A stretch of DNA of 63,651 bases, the filler included, from Octopus bimaculoides (lineage: Eukaryota): NCBI RefSeq assembly GCF_001194135.2. It is 8 parts of 7 records of this genome, joined end to end, with 100 filler letters (N's around TTAATTAATTAA, not from the genome) between each part and the next. Parts side by side here need not be neighbours in the genome. Positions count along the whole stretch, not along the records: positions 50,473 to 53,992 come from NC_068981.1; positions 54,093 to 62,377 come from NC_068982.1; positions 62,478 to 63,651 come from NW_026360275.1; 5 more parts are not named here. One strand, 5' to 3'. Under the pieces are notes generated by a model. It had not been told where the DNA came from. It ran no database searches and worked only from the letters and a program-made list of their open reading frames with translations. Made by a program: the position numbers and the translations under genes. Below are positions 52,374 to 63,651 of the stretch, piece by piece (the stretch's first letter is position 1; each line of letters begins with the position of its first letter).

Positions 52374-52421
<48 letters not shown>

Positions 52422-52429
52422 ATATATAT

Positions 52430-52805
52430 AAATCCAAATTCAGGGAATGGAGTAGGTGAAATCCAGGCTCCATATGTTTCCTAACTAGCAGAACCCTAGA
52501 AGTAATAATTACCCAAAAGAGGAGTAATCTGCTATCTACTCATCAGGTCAAAGATACCTTAGTCAAATGAAGTTTACATTGTTGTCAAATGATCCCATGT
52601 TAACTCGCAAGAAAATTTTCGATCAAATCTCCTGCGAGTTATAACATGGGATCGATTGACAATGTAACTTTCATTTCACTAAGGTATCTTTGGCCTGATG
52701 AGTAGCGAGCGGAGTACTCCACATTGAGTAATTACTACTGCCAAGGTTCTGCTAGCTAGGAAACATATGTAGTCTGGATTTTGCCTACTCCCTAAATTTG
52801 GATTT
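52430..52805. repeat. Imperfect palindrome of about 376 nt (foldback/MITE-like)
   Basis: Arms of about 180 nt, roughly 80% complementary, central spacer of about 16 nt at 52613-52628. Confidence 0.9.
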
Positions 52806-52970
52806 TTGTTCTCATACACAGCAACTCCAATTACTAACCGTGAACTATAAAATTACTTTTTTCAGCTTATCGAACTTCGATATGAGAAAAATTTACAACC
52901 TGAAAGTTGTTTTTATGCTTCCTACGGACTGCTCGAAGACTTAACTCCCTACACCGAAATCCTGGATATA

Positions 52971-53011
<41 letters not shown>

Positions 53012-53671
53012 NNNNNNNNNNNNNNNNNNNNNNNNNNNNNNNNNNNNNNNNNNNNNNNNNNNNNNNNNNNNNNNNNNNNNNNNNNNNNNNNNNNNNNNNN
53101 NNNNNNNNNNNNNNNNNNNNNNNNNNNNNNNNNNNNNNNNNNNNNNNNNNNNNNNNNNNNNNNNNNNNNNNNNNNNNNNNNNNNNNNNNNNNNNNNNNNN
53201 NNNNNNNNNNNNNNNNNNNNNNNNNNNNNNNNNNNNNNNNNNNNNNNNNNNNNNNNNNNNNNNNNNNNNNNNNNNNNNNNNNNNNNNNNNNNNNNNNNNN
53301 NNNNNNNNNNNNNNNNNNNNNNNNNNNNNNNNNNNNNNNNNNNNNNNNNNNNNNNNNNNNNNNNNNNNNNNNNNNNNNNNNNNNNNNNNNNNNNNNNNNN
53401 NNNNNNNNNNNNNNNNNNNNNNNNNNNNNNNNNNNNNNNNNNNNNNNNNNNNNNNNNNNNATATATATATATATATATATATACTATATCGTTATATATA
53501 TATATATACTACATATATATACATATATGTATGTATGTATGTATATATATGTATATGTACGTAGGCATGTATGTATGTATGCATATATATTAATCGGCCC
53601 CTTAGTCACCACTTTATAAATTCTATCGCTTATAAATAAAATAATACATATACATATTTATATATTACATA

Positions 53672-53850
53672 TACAAGGTGATTCAAAATTCGCCATACAT
53701 AGGAACAATTCATTTTTTCATAAGAAAGAGCTTATAAGAACAGTTTTCAGTTTTATTTAACAAGCTCTATATAGTTACCATTGTTTTGAATACACATTGC
53801 ATTGCGTTTACCCCTTACTCCACACGTCCGGTGATACCTGTTGTTGGAGA
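53672..53850 (-). mobile_element. Tc1/mariner-type 3' end fragment
   Basis: TA|caaggtgattcaaaa TIR-like end. Minus-strand CIQNNGNYIELVK* resembles a transposase C-terminus. Confidence 0.6.
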
Positions 53851-53939
53851 CTATTGAATCACTTTTTATATATGTACATACATGTACATATATATACACC
53901 AACATATATATATGTATGTATGTATGTATGTATTTATAC

Positions 53940-53992
<53 letters not shown>

Positions 53993-54094
53993 NNNNNNNN
54001 NNNNNNNNNNNNNNNNNNNNNNNNNNNNNNNNNNNNTTAATTAATTAANNNNNNNNNNNNNNNNNNNNNNNNNNNNNNNNNNNNNNNNNNNNAT

Positions 54095-54126
<32 letters not shown>

Positions 54127-55301
54127 ATATATGTGTAAATGAATGAATGTATATCTAGCGACACGTTTGTATATATATTTATGTAATTATTCGGCTTAAT
54201 GATAGTCTAAATGTATACTTATATGTGTGTAAATGGTGTCGATTTATGCCTAGGACTGAGAAGCTATTGTTGTACATCTTTGGTCTTTCAGGGTCCAGTC
54301 TGTGGCATGATGCTTTATGACTCTACTAAGATTTAGCATATCTGAGTAGAGGAACCACATCGACCGAGTCATTATCTTAACCGCTGCAATAATTGGTAGA
54401 CTTCATTTTTTTTCCAGTCAGCAATTACAGAACCTTTAAGCTTACCCTTTCTTTTATTGTTGCGATTACTAGCGTTATACTTTAAGGCGGCGAGCTGGCA
54501 AAATCGATAACACGACGGACAAAACGCTGAGCGGCATTTTGCTTTTCATTCTTTCAGATTCGATGAAATAAGTACCAATTGATTACTGGGGTCGAAGTCA
54601 TCGACAAGACCTTTCCTCCAAAATTTCAATGCGACGGTCTTTCTATAGTAGGAACAATTACCATTATTATGTTTATCTTTATTAATTTATATTTTTCTAT
54701 ATTAATTTTACTCTTTATTTCTTTCTTTTAAATTTTTCGTTATTTTTACACCTTCCTCTCCCTCTTTATGTATAAAGTCCCCTATTTTCTTTTCCTCCTT
54801 TTTCTTCTCTTTTTATTCTTCTGTATATAAAGGCCGTTTTGATTTTGTAACTCATATTTCACAAAATTCTTTATAATGTGATTTGTACGTCCTATATAAA
54901 TATATTATAGTAATGTAATTATGTAACTATTGATGTTATTAGGTTACAGCAGTAGAAAATAAATGTCTGAAATATCTCTGATATTGTCTCTAGTTATTCT
55001 TTCAAATGAATTTTGTTCTTTTCATTCGTTACGGCTTATTTCACGATATACGAAACTGTACATAGAAAAGCATTTAACACGTGAAATTTCGGTATTTAAT
55101 GCGATTTAATATATTTATGGTTATTTCTTTTGCTCTCTCAATGCATGTGTATGCGCACGCGTAATGAACAGTGTGCCACATTTACCTGTGAGTTTAGGGC
55201 TCAGTAATTGGTTCCACATTAAACTCTATATCCTGCGAGCTATGAATTGTATCATGAAATCGGAGAATAGGTTAAAGTGCAGGGTTTGAATAATACAGAT
55301 T

Positions 55302-55685
55302 GTTGTTGGCACTCCGTCGCTTACGACGTCGAGGGTTCCAGTTGATCCGATCAACGGAACAGCCTGCTCGTGAAATTAACGTGCAAGTGGCTGAGCACTC
55401 CACAGACACGTGTACCCTTAACGTAGTTCTTGGAGATATTCAGCGTGACACACTGCGACAAGGCTGACCCTTTGAATTACAGGCACAACAGAAACAGGGA
55501 GTAAGAGTGAGAGAAAGTTGTGGTGGAAGAGTACACCAGTGTTCGCCACCATCCCCTGCCGGAGCCTCGTGGACCTTTAGGTGTTTTCGCTCAATAAACA
55601 CTCACAACGCCCAGTCTGGGAATCGAAACCGCGATCCTATGACCGCGAGTCCGCTGCCCTAACCACTGGGTCATTGCGCCTCCAC
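55302..55685 (-). mobile_element. Full-length tRNA-derived SINE (family D) with 10-bp target-site duplication
   Basis: Head gtggaggcgcaatgacccagtggttagg...ggtttcgattccc (A and B boxes). TSD AATACAGATT at 55292-55301 and 55686-55695. Confidence 0.92.
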
Positions 55686-56159
55686 AATACAGATTACATA
55701 TAAATGAAAAGAAAAAAAAACAGAGGTAATGGAGCATAGGCTTACGATACTAGTAATGTTGTTGTCAATAACCTATCAGTTATGACACTTTTAAAGATAT
55801 CTGTGTAGGAGTTGAAGAAATTTGACTGCTATTTCTAGCTGAAGGTTGAAACACGAAAGGATCTTCTTCAATTGATAGGTATACATTATTTAAAGGAAAA
55901 ATTCCTTTCTTTTATGAGATGGCATTGATAAAGGAGTAAATAATGTTTTTGTCGATGAATTAAAATGAAGTTTTAAAACTCTTGAAAGGTTTGTTTCTAT
56001 GTTTTTAGTTCAATTACCTGCAGTTTAATGACAACGATTTATTTATTGTTTTTTTTAAACTCCGGTATGACTTGATGACAGCTATTTCATTAAATACTAA
56101 ATAATGCTTACAAAACAGTTGACATTTTATGTGAGGAGATTGCTGCGGTTACTCCTGCT

Positions 56160-56353
56160 TCTACTGATGAAAATGATGATGATGATGATGATGATAGTTT
56201 CTTAATAACAACATTCTTCTTCTTCTTCTTCTTCTTCTTCTTCTTCTTCTTCTTCTTCTTCCACTCTTTATAATTAATAATTTTATTATTATCACCATAG
56301 GGATTGAGATCATGATGACAACAGAGACATCATCGTGTCGTTGTCGTCGTCAG

Positions 56354-56403
<50 letters not shown>

Positions 56404-56539
56404 CGACGTTATTAATAATTTGTTGACAACAGCAATAATAAGGACAATAGCACCACTTAAGCTGCCAGTGCCGTTGCTGTTGCTGCTGACCCTGCTGTTG
56501 TTATTAATGATGATGATGATAGTGATGATGATGATGATA

Positions 56540-56588
<49 letters not shown>

Positions 56589-56620
56589 GGATGATGATGA
56601 CGACGACGATGACGACGACG
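56160..56620. repeat. Trinucleotide microsatellite cluster: (GAT)n, (TTC)n, (CAT)n, (GAT/GAC)n
   Basis: Directly visible runs. Confidence 0.95.
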
Positions 56621-57000
56621 TATAAGACAACGAATGAGAAATGTCTAAAATATCACATTGACATGTGATAGCTGTTTTCGTTTGATACCTGTTTTAGAAA
56701 TGAAATCGGTTGCGGAATGGCACAAACAGTAGAGATAGATCATGAGCTCAAATCGCGCCGAGGTTAACTTTGCCTTTCATCCTTTCGAGGTTGATAAAGT
56801 AAAGAACCAGTCATNNNNNNNNNNNNNNNNNNNNNNNNNNNNNNNNNNNNNNNNNNNNNNNNNNNNNNNNNNNNNNNNNNNNNNNNNNNNNNNNNNNNNN
56901 NNNNNNNNNNNNNNNNNNNNNNNNNNNNNNNNNNNNNNNNNNNNNNNNNNNNNNNNNNNNNNNNNNNNATATATATATATATATATACATACATATATAC

Positions 57001-57163
57001 GACGGGCTTCTTTCAGTTTCCGTCTACCAAATCCACTCACAAGGCTTTGGTCAGCCCGAGGCTATAGTAGAAGACATTTGCCCGAGATGCCACGCAGTGG
57101 GACTGAACCCGGGACCATGTGGTTGGTAAGCAAGCTACTTACTACACAGCCACTCCTACGCCT
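57001..57163 (-). mobile_element. tRNA-derived SINE head, family B (best-preserved copy)
   Basis: Minus strand aggcgtaggagtggctgtgtagtaag...ggtcccgggttcagtcccactgcg with A/B-box-like motifs. Other heads at about 5680-5815, 31185-31330, 38366-38528 and 39405-39525. A second recurrent segment, probably its 3' part, at about 6960-7110, 14925-15110, 27985-28150 and 30885-31080. Confidence 0.85.
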
Positions 57164-57580
57164 TTGGTCATTTAATCGAAATAAACTTGCTTTGTGACTA
57201 TCTTAGAAATCAATGTATTATTAAGTTATAGCCCTTTATGTTCTAAGATCAATCAGGCCAAAGTCTCGTCACAACGGAATCAACAAAGTAAAGTCCTTGT
57301 CAAACACTGGGGTCGAGTTAATCGATTAATTTCCTCCTCCAAATTTCAGGCCTTGTATATATTTTAGAAACTAATGGTTGTTGTTTGGCAGAATCGTTAG
57401 AGCGTCGGAGAAATTGCCCTCCGATTTTTGTTCCGTCTTTTTACCTACTGCGCTTAAATCCCATGGAGGTTAAATTGCCTGTCATCTTTTCGGGGCTGAA
57501 AAGTTATGTACCAGCTGGTCTTCAATCAAAATTTGAAAGCGTTTTTATTATCTCTGTTCATTAATGTATCCTGTAATAGT

Positions 57581-57622
<42 letters not shown>

Positions 57623-58595
57623 GTAATAATAATAATAGAGTCAAAATTAAAAGAAGAGTGCCATTTGCTATCTCGTGAACAATATGTCGAAATATTGTTC
57701 ACGAGATAGCAAATGGCACNNNNNNNNNNNNNNNNNNNNNNNNNNNNNNNNNNNNNNNNNNNNNNNNNNNNNNNNNNNNNNNNNNNNNNNNNNNNNNNNN
57801 NNNNNNNNNNNNNNNNNNNNNNNNNNNNNNNNNNNNNNNNNNNNNNNNNNNNNNNNNNNNNNNNNNNNNNNNNNNNNNNNNNNNNNNNNNNNNNNNNNNN
57901 NNNNNNNNNNNNNNNNNNNNNNNNNNNNNNNNNNNNNNNNNNNNNNNNNNNNNNNNNNNNNNNNNNNNNNNNNNNNNNNNNNNNNNNNNNNNNNNNNNNN
58001 NNNNNNNNNNNNNNNNNNNNNNNNNNNNNNNNNNNNNNNNNNNNNNNNNNNNNNNNNNNNNNNNNNNNNNNNNNNNNNNNNNNNNNNNNNNNNNNNNNNN
58101 NNNNNNNNNNNNNNNNNNNNNNNNNNNNNNNNNNNNNNNNNNNNNNNNNNNNNNNNNNNNNNNNNNNNNNNNNNNNNNNNNNNNNNNNNNNNNNNNNNNN
58201 NNNNNNNNNNNNNNNNNNNNNNNNNNNNNNNNNNNNNNNNNNNNNNNNNNNNNNNNNNNNNNNNNNNNNNNNNNNNNNNNNNNNNNNNNNNNNNNNNNNN
58301 NNNNNNNNNNNNNNNNNNNNNNNNNNNNNNNNNNNNNNNNNNNNNNNNNNNNNNNNNNNNNNNNNNNNNNNNNNNNNNNNNNNNNNNNNNNNNNNNNNNN
58401 NNNNNNNNNNNNNNNNNNNNNNNNNNNNNNNNNNNNNNNNNNNNNNNNNNNNNNNNNNNNNNNNNNNNNNNNNNNNNNNNNNNNNNNNNNNNNNNNNNNN
58501 NNNNNNNNNNNNNNNNNNNNNNNNNNNNNNNNNNNNNNNNNNNNNNNNNNNNNNNNNNNNNNNNATAATAATGATAATAATAATAATAATAATCA

Positions 58596-58626
<31 letters not shown>

Positions 58627-58659
58627 AAGAAGAAGAAGAAGAAGAAGAAGAAGAAGAAG

Positions 58660-59535
58660 AAAGAGTGGGAGAGGTTTGATCAGTTGCTAGGACTGTATCG
58701 AAGCAGAGGAAAACAGCCTAGGGTGGTGTGTGAAAAATGCCGTGGAACCACAGATGAAACACACGAAAAGGCCGGAGTCATCAAAACTGAAAATTGTGTA
58801 ACTAGAGAAAAAATTAAACAAGAAATGAACACAAAAAAAAGAAAAAACATGGGAGTAAAAAAAATGTACGGTCACTTTGCAAGAGTTGTGAAAGCGAAGA
58901 CAGATACAGAGGACCGGTGGCCATGGATGAAGAGGAGTGACCTGAAGATAGAGACAATAGCGCTCATATGCGCAGCTCAAGAACAAGCATTAAGGACCAA
59001 TTATATGAAGTGCAGAATTGATAACACTACCGATAGCGACAAATGCATAATGTGTGGTGATAAAGGTGAAGCGGTATGGCACATCGTTAGCGAATACCCG
59101 AATTAGCACAACGCGAATACAAACGACTCCATGACAATGTGGCAAGAATGATCCATTGGGGGCTCAGTGGAAATCACGGACTAAAAAGAGAAAAGACGTG
59201 GTATAAACAAACCCCAGAAGGAGTCACCGAAAATGAGAGCTGAAAATCCTGGGGGATGCAATGATCCAGTGCGATCATCTGACCAAACATAGGAAACCGG
59301 ACATTATTGTAGTGCATAAAAAAGAAAGAACATGTATGATTATCGAAATAGCATGCCCCGGTGACAACAGGATCAATGTGAAAGAAGAAAAAATAAACAA
59401 CTATGACGATTTAAAGTGGTCAATGATATCAATTGCAATTGGTGCATTTGGAAGTATCAGCACTCAACGACCAACATGGCTGAAAAAGATCGGTGCAAGT
59501 GTAAAGACTAATCATTATTGATCGCAAAAGCATTA
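58660..59535 (+). mobile_element. Dong/R4 subfamily 1, 5'-truncated copy 1
   Basis: SDLKIETIALICAAQEQALRTNY, CIMCGDKGEAVWHIVSE, HRKPDIIVV, IIEIACPGD. Preceded by (AAT)n(AGA)n. Confidence 0.9.
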
Positions 59536-60039
59536 ANNNNNNNNNNNNNNNNNNNNNNNNNNNNNNNNNNNNNNNNNNNNNNNNNNNNNNNNNNNNNNNN
59601 NNNNNNNNNNNNNNNNNNNNNNNNNNNNNNNNNNNNNNNNNNNNNNNNNNNNNNNNNNNNNNNNNNNNNNNNNNNNNNNNNNNNNNNNNNNNNNNNNNNN
59701 NNNNNNNNNNNNNNNNNNNNNNNNNNNNNNNNNNNNNNNNNNNNNNNNNNNNNNNNNNNNNNNNNNNNNNNNNNNNNNNNNNNNNNNNNNNNNNNNNNNN
59801 NNNNNNNNNNNNNNNNNNNNNNNNNNNNNNNNNNNNNNNNNNNNNNNNNNNNNNNNNNNNNNNNNNNNNNNNNNNNNNNNNNNNNNNNATACCCCCACGG
59901 CATTAAACAATTATATACCCCGCACGGAAAAAATAAAAATAGGGGTGGATATTAGTTTTTTGTTTGTTTCTTTGTCCAGTTTGACTACCATTTATTTGTT
60001 TATAGTTATAGAAGCGTTGCTCCATCAAATTGTCAACGC

Positions 60040-62281
60040 TAACAGATAAGACCCGGAGCCTAGTTCTAACACGAAAGTTTTAATGACAATTAGCCAAAAT
60101 TCATGTCCGATCAGAAGAAATATTAACAATGACAAATAGTAAAAAAATGAAAATAATAATATCAGTGATGATAATAATAATAACGGAAGGAAGCTGTTGG
60201 GATTTACCCATGTCCTGATCGATGATACATCTAGTGATGGTGTCACAATAAAAACACTGGTTACTGCGCAACCTGATAATCGCTACCCCATATGAGTGAC
60301 AATGAAAAAACAAAATATTGTGAATAACGGTGGCAATGAAACTGAAGCCCTTGATGGTGACAATGTTGCACCCCGCAGGCTCAAAGATACTGGTCCGGCT
60401 CCAGCCTGTCGTTATCCACCAATGGACTAGCACACACGGCGTAAATGCAACAAACAAGTCAGTGCTGTGGTCATGGAGTGTTACTATCTGAGCAACCCTG
60501 TAGACGAAAATGGTGCTCATATTAGGGGATACCGACAACGTATGTATGATCAATGGAGAGAAAGAGGATTGTTTCAAGTTACGGAACAGAGATTATGTGA
60601 TCAAGCTAGAGCAAGAAGAAAAAATTGTTGATTCACAGAACTAGAGCTCGAAGCTATCAAAAGACGAGTATTGGAAAACAGCAGCAGCAGAGAAAACGAT
60701 GAAAATACAGTTCTTACTGATAAAAGTAATCTCAGAGCAGAAAACAGGTGAAATCTCTAATAAACTACAGGAAAGGAACAGTAATAGCTTGCTCGATGGA
60801 AGGCATATAGATGAGACCAAACTTTATGGTAAAGATGAATCCCAAGTCAGTTCGGACTGAAAAAGTGTGGTGTGTTAGTCTTGAAGAGAGGCAAAATCAA
60901 ATGTATGGACGGGCTAGCGATACCGTCGAGGGAGGTTATGAATCAAATAGAAGAGACGGGCTATAAGTACGTGGAGATATTGAAAATAGATAAATTGGTG
61001 GAGAAAGGAATGACAGAAAAATTTAAGGTGAAGTACTTGCGCAGACTGAGGCTGATCCTTAAGTCGAAATTAAATGGACGGAATAAGATTGAAACTTTCA
61101 ACACCTGGGCGGTTTCACTCCTTAGATATGGAGCAGGGCTAATCGCATGGACAGTAGACGAACTAAACAACTTAGACAGAAGGACAAAGAAGTTGCTAAC
61201 TAGAAATTGGATATTCCACTCAAAAAATGACGCAGACAGACTGTATGTACCAAGAAAAAGATGGGGAATAGGACTGATTGGATTCGAACATAGCATTAGA
61301 GCAGATGAAAACAGCATTGCTTGGTATGTGAAAAATACCACAGAACCGCTATTATTAGAAGTAAGAAGGTCAGGCGTGTGTAAGATGGAAGATTGCAAAG
61401 ATAAAGCACTGTACAAGCACTTAAGAATGGATGAAACTAAAAATAGGTGGATAAAGAAAAGAATGCATGAACAGTTTCATAGGGATGTTGAAGATAAGAC
61501 AGACAGAGAAAAAAGATGGCTACGGATGACTATGATTTAAAATCGAAAACGGAGGCTCTAATCTGTGCTGCCCAAAAGCAAGCATTAAGAACCAATTACA
61601 ACAAATACAGAATAGACAACACATCAGAAAGTGATAGGTGCAGAATTTTGCGGACAAAATGGTGAAGCCGTATAGCATATTACCAGTCAATGTACGCCAC
61701 TATCCCAGAAAGAATATAAGAGGCGTCGTGACAACATAGCAAGGCTTGTCCATTGGACACTTTGCAACAAGTAAGGACTTGACAGAGCAAAAAAGTGGTA
61801 CGAACATAAACCCGAAGGCATCATCGAAAATGATAATGCAAAGATCCTATGGGATTTTATGATTCAGTGCGACCCTGAGATAGAGAATAGGAAACCAGAC
61901 ATAGCGTTAATTGATAAAAAAAGCAAACGATGCTGGATTATAGATACAGCATGCCCAGCTGACAATGTATGCGATAAGGAAGAAAGAAACGTCGATAGAT
62001 ATGACAGGTTAGCTTGGGAGGTTAAGCAGTTGTGGTCGCTGAAAAGGTAGTAGTAGATTCAATAATTGTCGGAGCCCTGGGAACAATGAGTAAAAATCTT
62101 GAAAAGTACACAGAACAAATAAGGGCTGCAACAAGGGTGGAGCACTTGCAAAAAATAGCACTGCTAGGAACCGCTCAAATACTCCGGATAGTGCTCGAAA
62201 AATAAGGGTATTACCTTAGTACACGTATAGTGAGAAGCTGACACCGTAGTACATCTCCAGTGTTAGACGCTGTGCAAAGAC
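60040..62281 (+). mobile_element. Dong/R4 subfamily 1, copy 2: N-terminus retained, central RT deleted, 3' end complete
   Basis: VVMECYYLSNP..GYRQRMYDQWRERGLFQVTEQRLCDQAR joined to HIDETKLYGK. ORF 60872-61540, RKPDIALID..IIDTACPAD. The 3' end ...gctgtgcaaagac is followed by (AAT)n. Confidence 0.92.
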
Positions 62282-62377
<96 letters not shown>

Positions 62378-62477
62378 NNNNNNNNNNNNNNNNNNNNNNN
62401 NNNNNNNNNNNNNNNNNNNNNTTAATTAATTAANNNNNNNNNNNNNNNNNNNNNNNNNNNNNNNNNNNNNNNNNNNN

Positions 62478-62517
<40 letters not shown>

Positions 62518-62520
62518 CTT
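62282..62520. repeat. (AAT)n microsatellite interrupted by a gap pad
   Basis: Directly visible. Confidence 0.95.
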
Positions 62521-63030
62521 TATTATTTTTATTATATTGTTTTAATAATCGTCGATGATCAAAATAAATGGCGTATATAGCTTTAGTAGCCTCCGAAATA
62601 TCGGCATGAATTATCAAGCTATGAATCGCTCAACTAAATAAATGTAACCAACGCAAATAACATCTCATTTCTTGCTGGTTGGGTTAGGGTTAGTTGGAAG
62701 GATTCACAACAGTGATGCATAGCAGGTATTCCATGAATAATAATGTTATGCATCGGATTTTATACATGCATTTTATGAATACCAATTGTTTCGTGCAATT
62801 AATTTTGTACTAAAAAAATCTCCCCTCTTGCACTCAATTATATTCCCCACTAACTTACTATATCCTCTGGTTATTTCGTTTTCACGCTTATCCCGTTTAA
62901 ACATTTGATATAACTTCAAGGAAGAGGAGGATAAAAAATTTATTCCATGGCGTCAAAATGATTTCAGCAGCTTATAACAATGCAATGCGGCGGGGAAACT
63001 GCATGCACAACACAGAACACTATGAACTAA

Positions 63031-63032
63031 GT

Positions 63033-63127
<95 letters not shown>
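63031..63127. repeat. Compound (AAC)n(AAT)n microsatellite
   Basis: Directly visible. Confidence 0.95.
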
Positions 63128-63130
<3 letters not shown>

Positions 63131-63651
63131 CCCTTTGCAACAAGTATGGATTTCACGGAGCAAAAAACGTGGTACGAACATAAACCCGAAGGCATCATCG
63201 AAAATGATAATGCAAAGATCCTATGGGATTTTATGATTCTGTGCGACCATGAGATAGAGAATTGGAAGTTAGACATAATGTTAATTGAGAAAGAAATCAA
63301 ACGATGCTGGATCATAGATATAGCATGCCCAGCTGACAACAAGGTATGCGATAAGGAAGAAAGAAAAGTTGAGAGATATGACAGGTTAGCTTGGGAAGTT
63401 AAGAAGTTGTGGTCGATGAAAAAGGTAGCAGTAGTACCAATAATTGTCGGAGCCCTGGGAACAGTGAGCAAAAATCTCGAGGAGTACGTGGAACAAATAG
63501 GGGCTGCAATAAGGGTGGAGCACCTGCAGAAAACAGCACTGATTGAAACCGTTCGAATACTCCGGAAGGTGTTCGAAAATTGAGGTGTTTCCTTAGTTCA
63601 TTGGTAGTGAACAGGTGACACCGTAGTACATCTCCAGCGTTAGAAGCTGTG
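63128..63651 (+). mobile_element. Dong/R4 subfamily 1, 5'-truncated copy 3
   Basis: ORF 63146-63583 KILWDF..KLDIML..WIIDIACPAD..KVERYDRLAWEVKKLW..VPIIVGALG. Preceded by (AAC)n(AAT)n. Confidence 0.92.

Noticed and set aside
55600-55685. tRNA-like sequence
   Set aside because: SINE head with body and TSD; no complete cloverleaf.
56312-56668. Poly-His/poly-Met 118-aa ORF
   Set aside because: Translation of CAT and GAT microsatellites; no coding evidence.
15448-59955. Long ORF-track entries containing X runs, and YIYI/CVCV/HTHT ORFs
   Set aside because: They are open only because of N gaps or dinucleotide repeats.
59890-59955. Possible Helitron 3' end (ACCCC...GGGGT hairpin then ATTAG)
   Set aside because: Weak stem, no CTAG, and the 5' part is lost in a gap.
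17230-62433. Recurrent TTAATTAATTAA palindrome
   Set aside because: Always centred in N blocks; an assembler pad, not biology.
62680-62695. TTAGGG-like repeats (also at about 37545)
   Set aside because: Two units at most; not a telomeric array.
1-63651. CRISPR arrays, prokaryotic defence systems, rRNA or true tRNA genes
   Set aside because: None seen; the sequence is eukaryotic and its regular repeats are microsatellites or TE-derived.

Overview
AT-rich, gapped eukaryotic genomic scaffold. The SINE and LINE families and the TA/CA/TATG/AAT microsatellite load suggest a coleoid cephalopod, probably Octopus (inference). Only one host gene is recognisable: a single 150-nt internal exon of EMG1/NEP1 at 38947-39096 (+), with canonical splice sites; I could not find its other exons in the visible sequence. 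A second, unidentified minus-strand gene probably starts at a CpG-rich ETS-motif promoter near 4.7 kb and runs off the left edge. Most of the rest is decayed mobile DNA: RTE, CR1-like and R4/Dong LINEs, Penelope-like elements, one Gypsy LTR element with both LTRs, mariner/Tc1 fragments, foldback DNA elements and several tRNA-derived SINE families. Almost all ORF-track entries are TE fragments, microsatellite translations or N-gap artefacts. I did not find a convincing new biological system. The best leads are the uORF and stop-start architecture of the unidentified gene, the orphan EMG1 exon with possible contig mis-ordering, microsatellite-targeted R4/Dong clusters, decayed mini-hammerhead motifs, an RTE with three C-terminal zinc fingers, and several unusual insertion junctions. 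All identities and counts were judged by eye.
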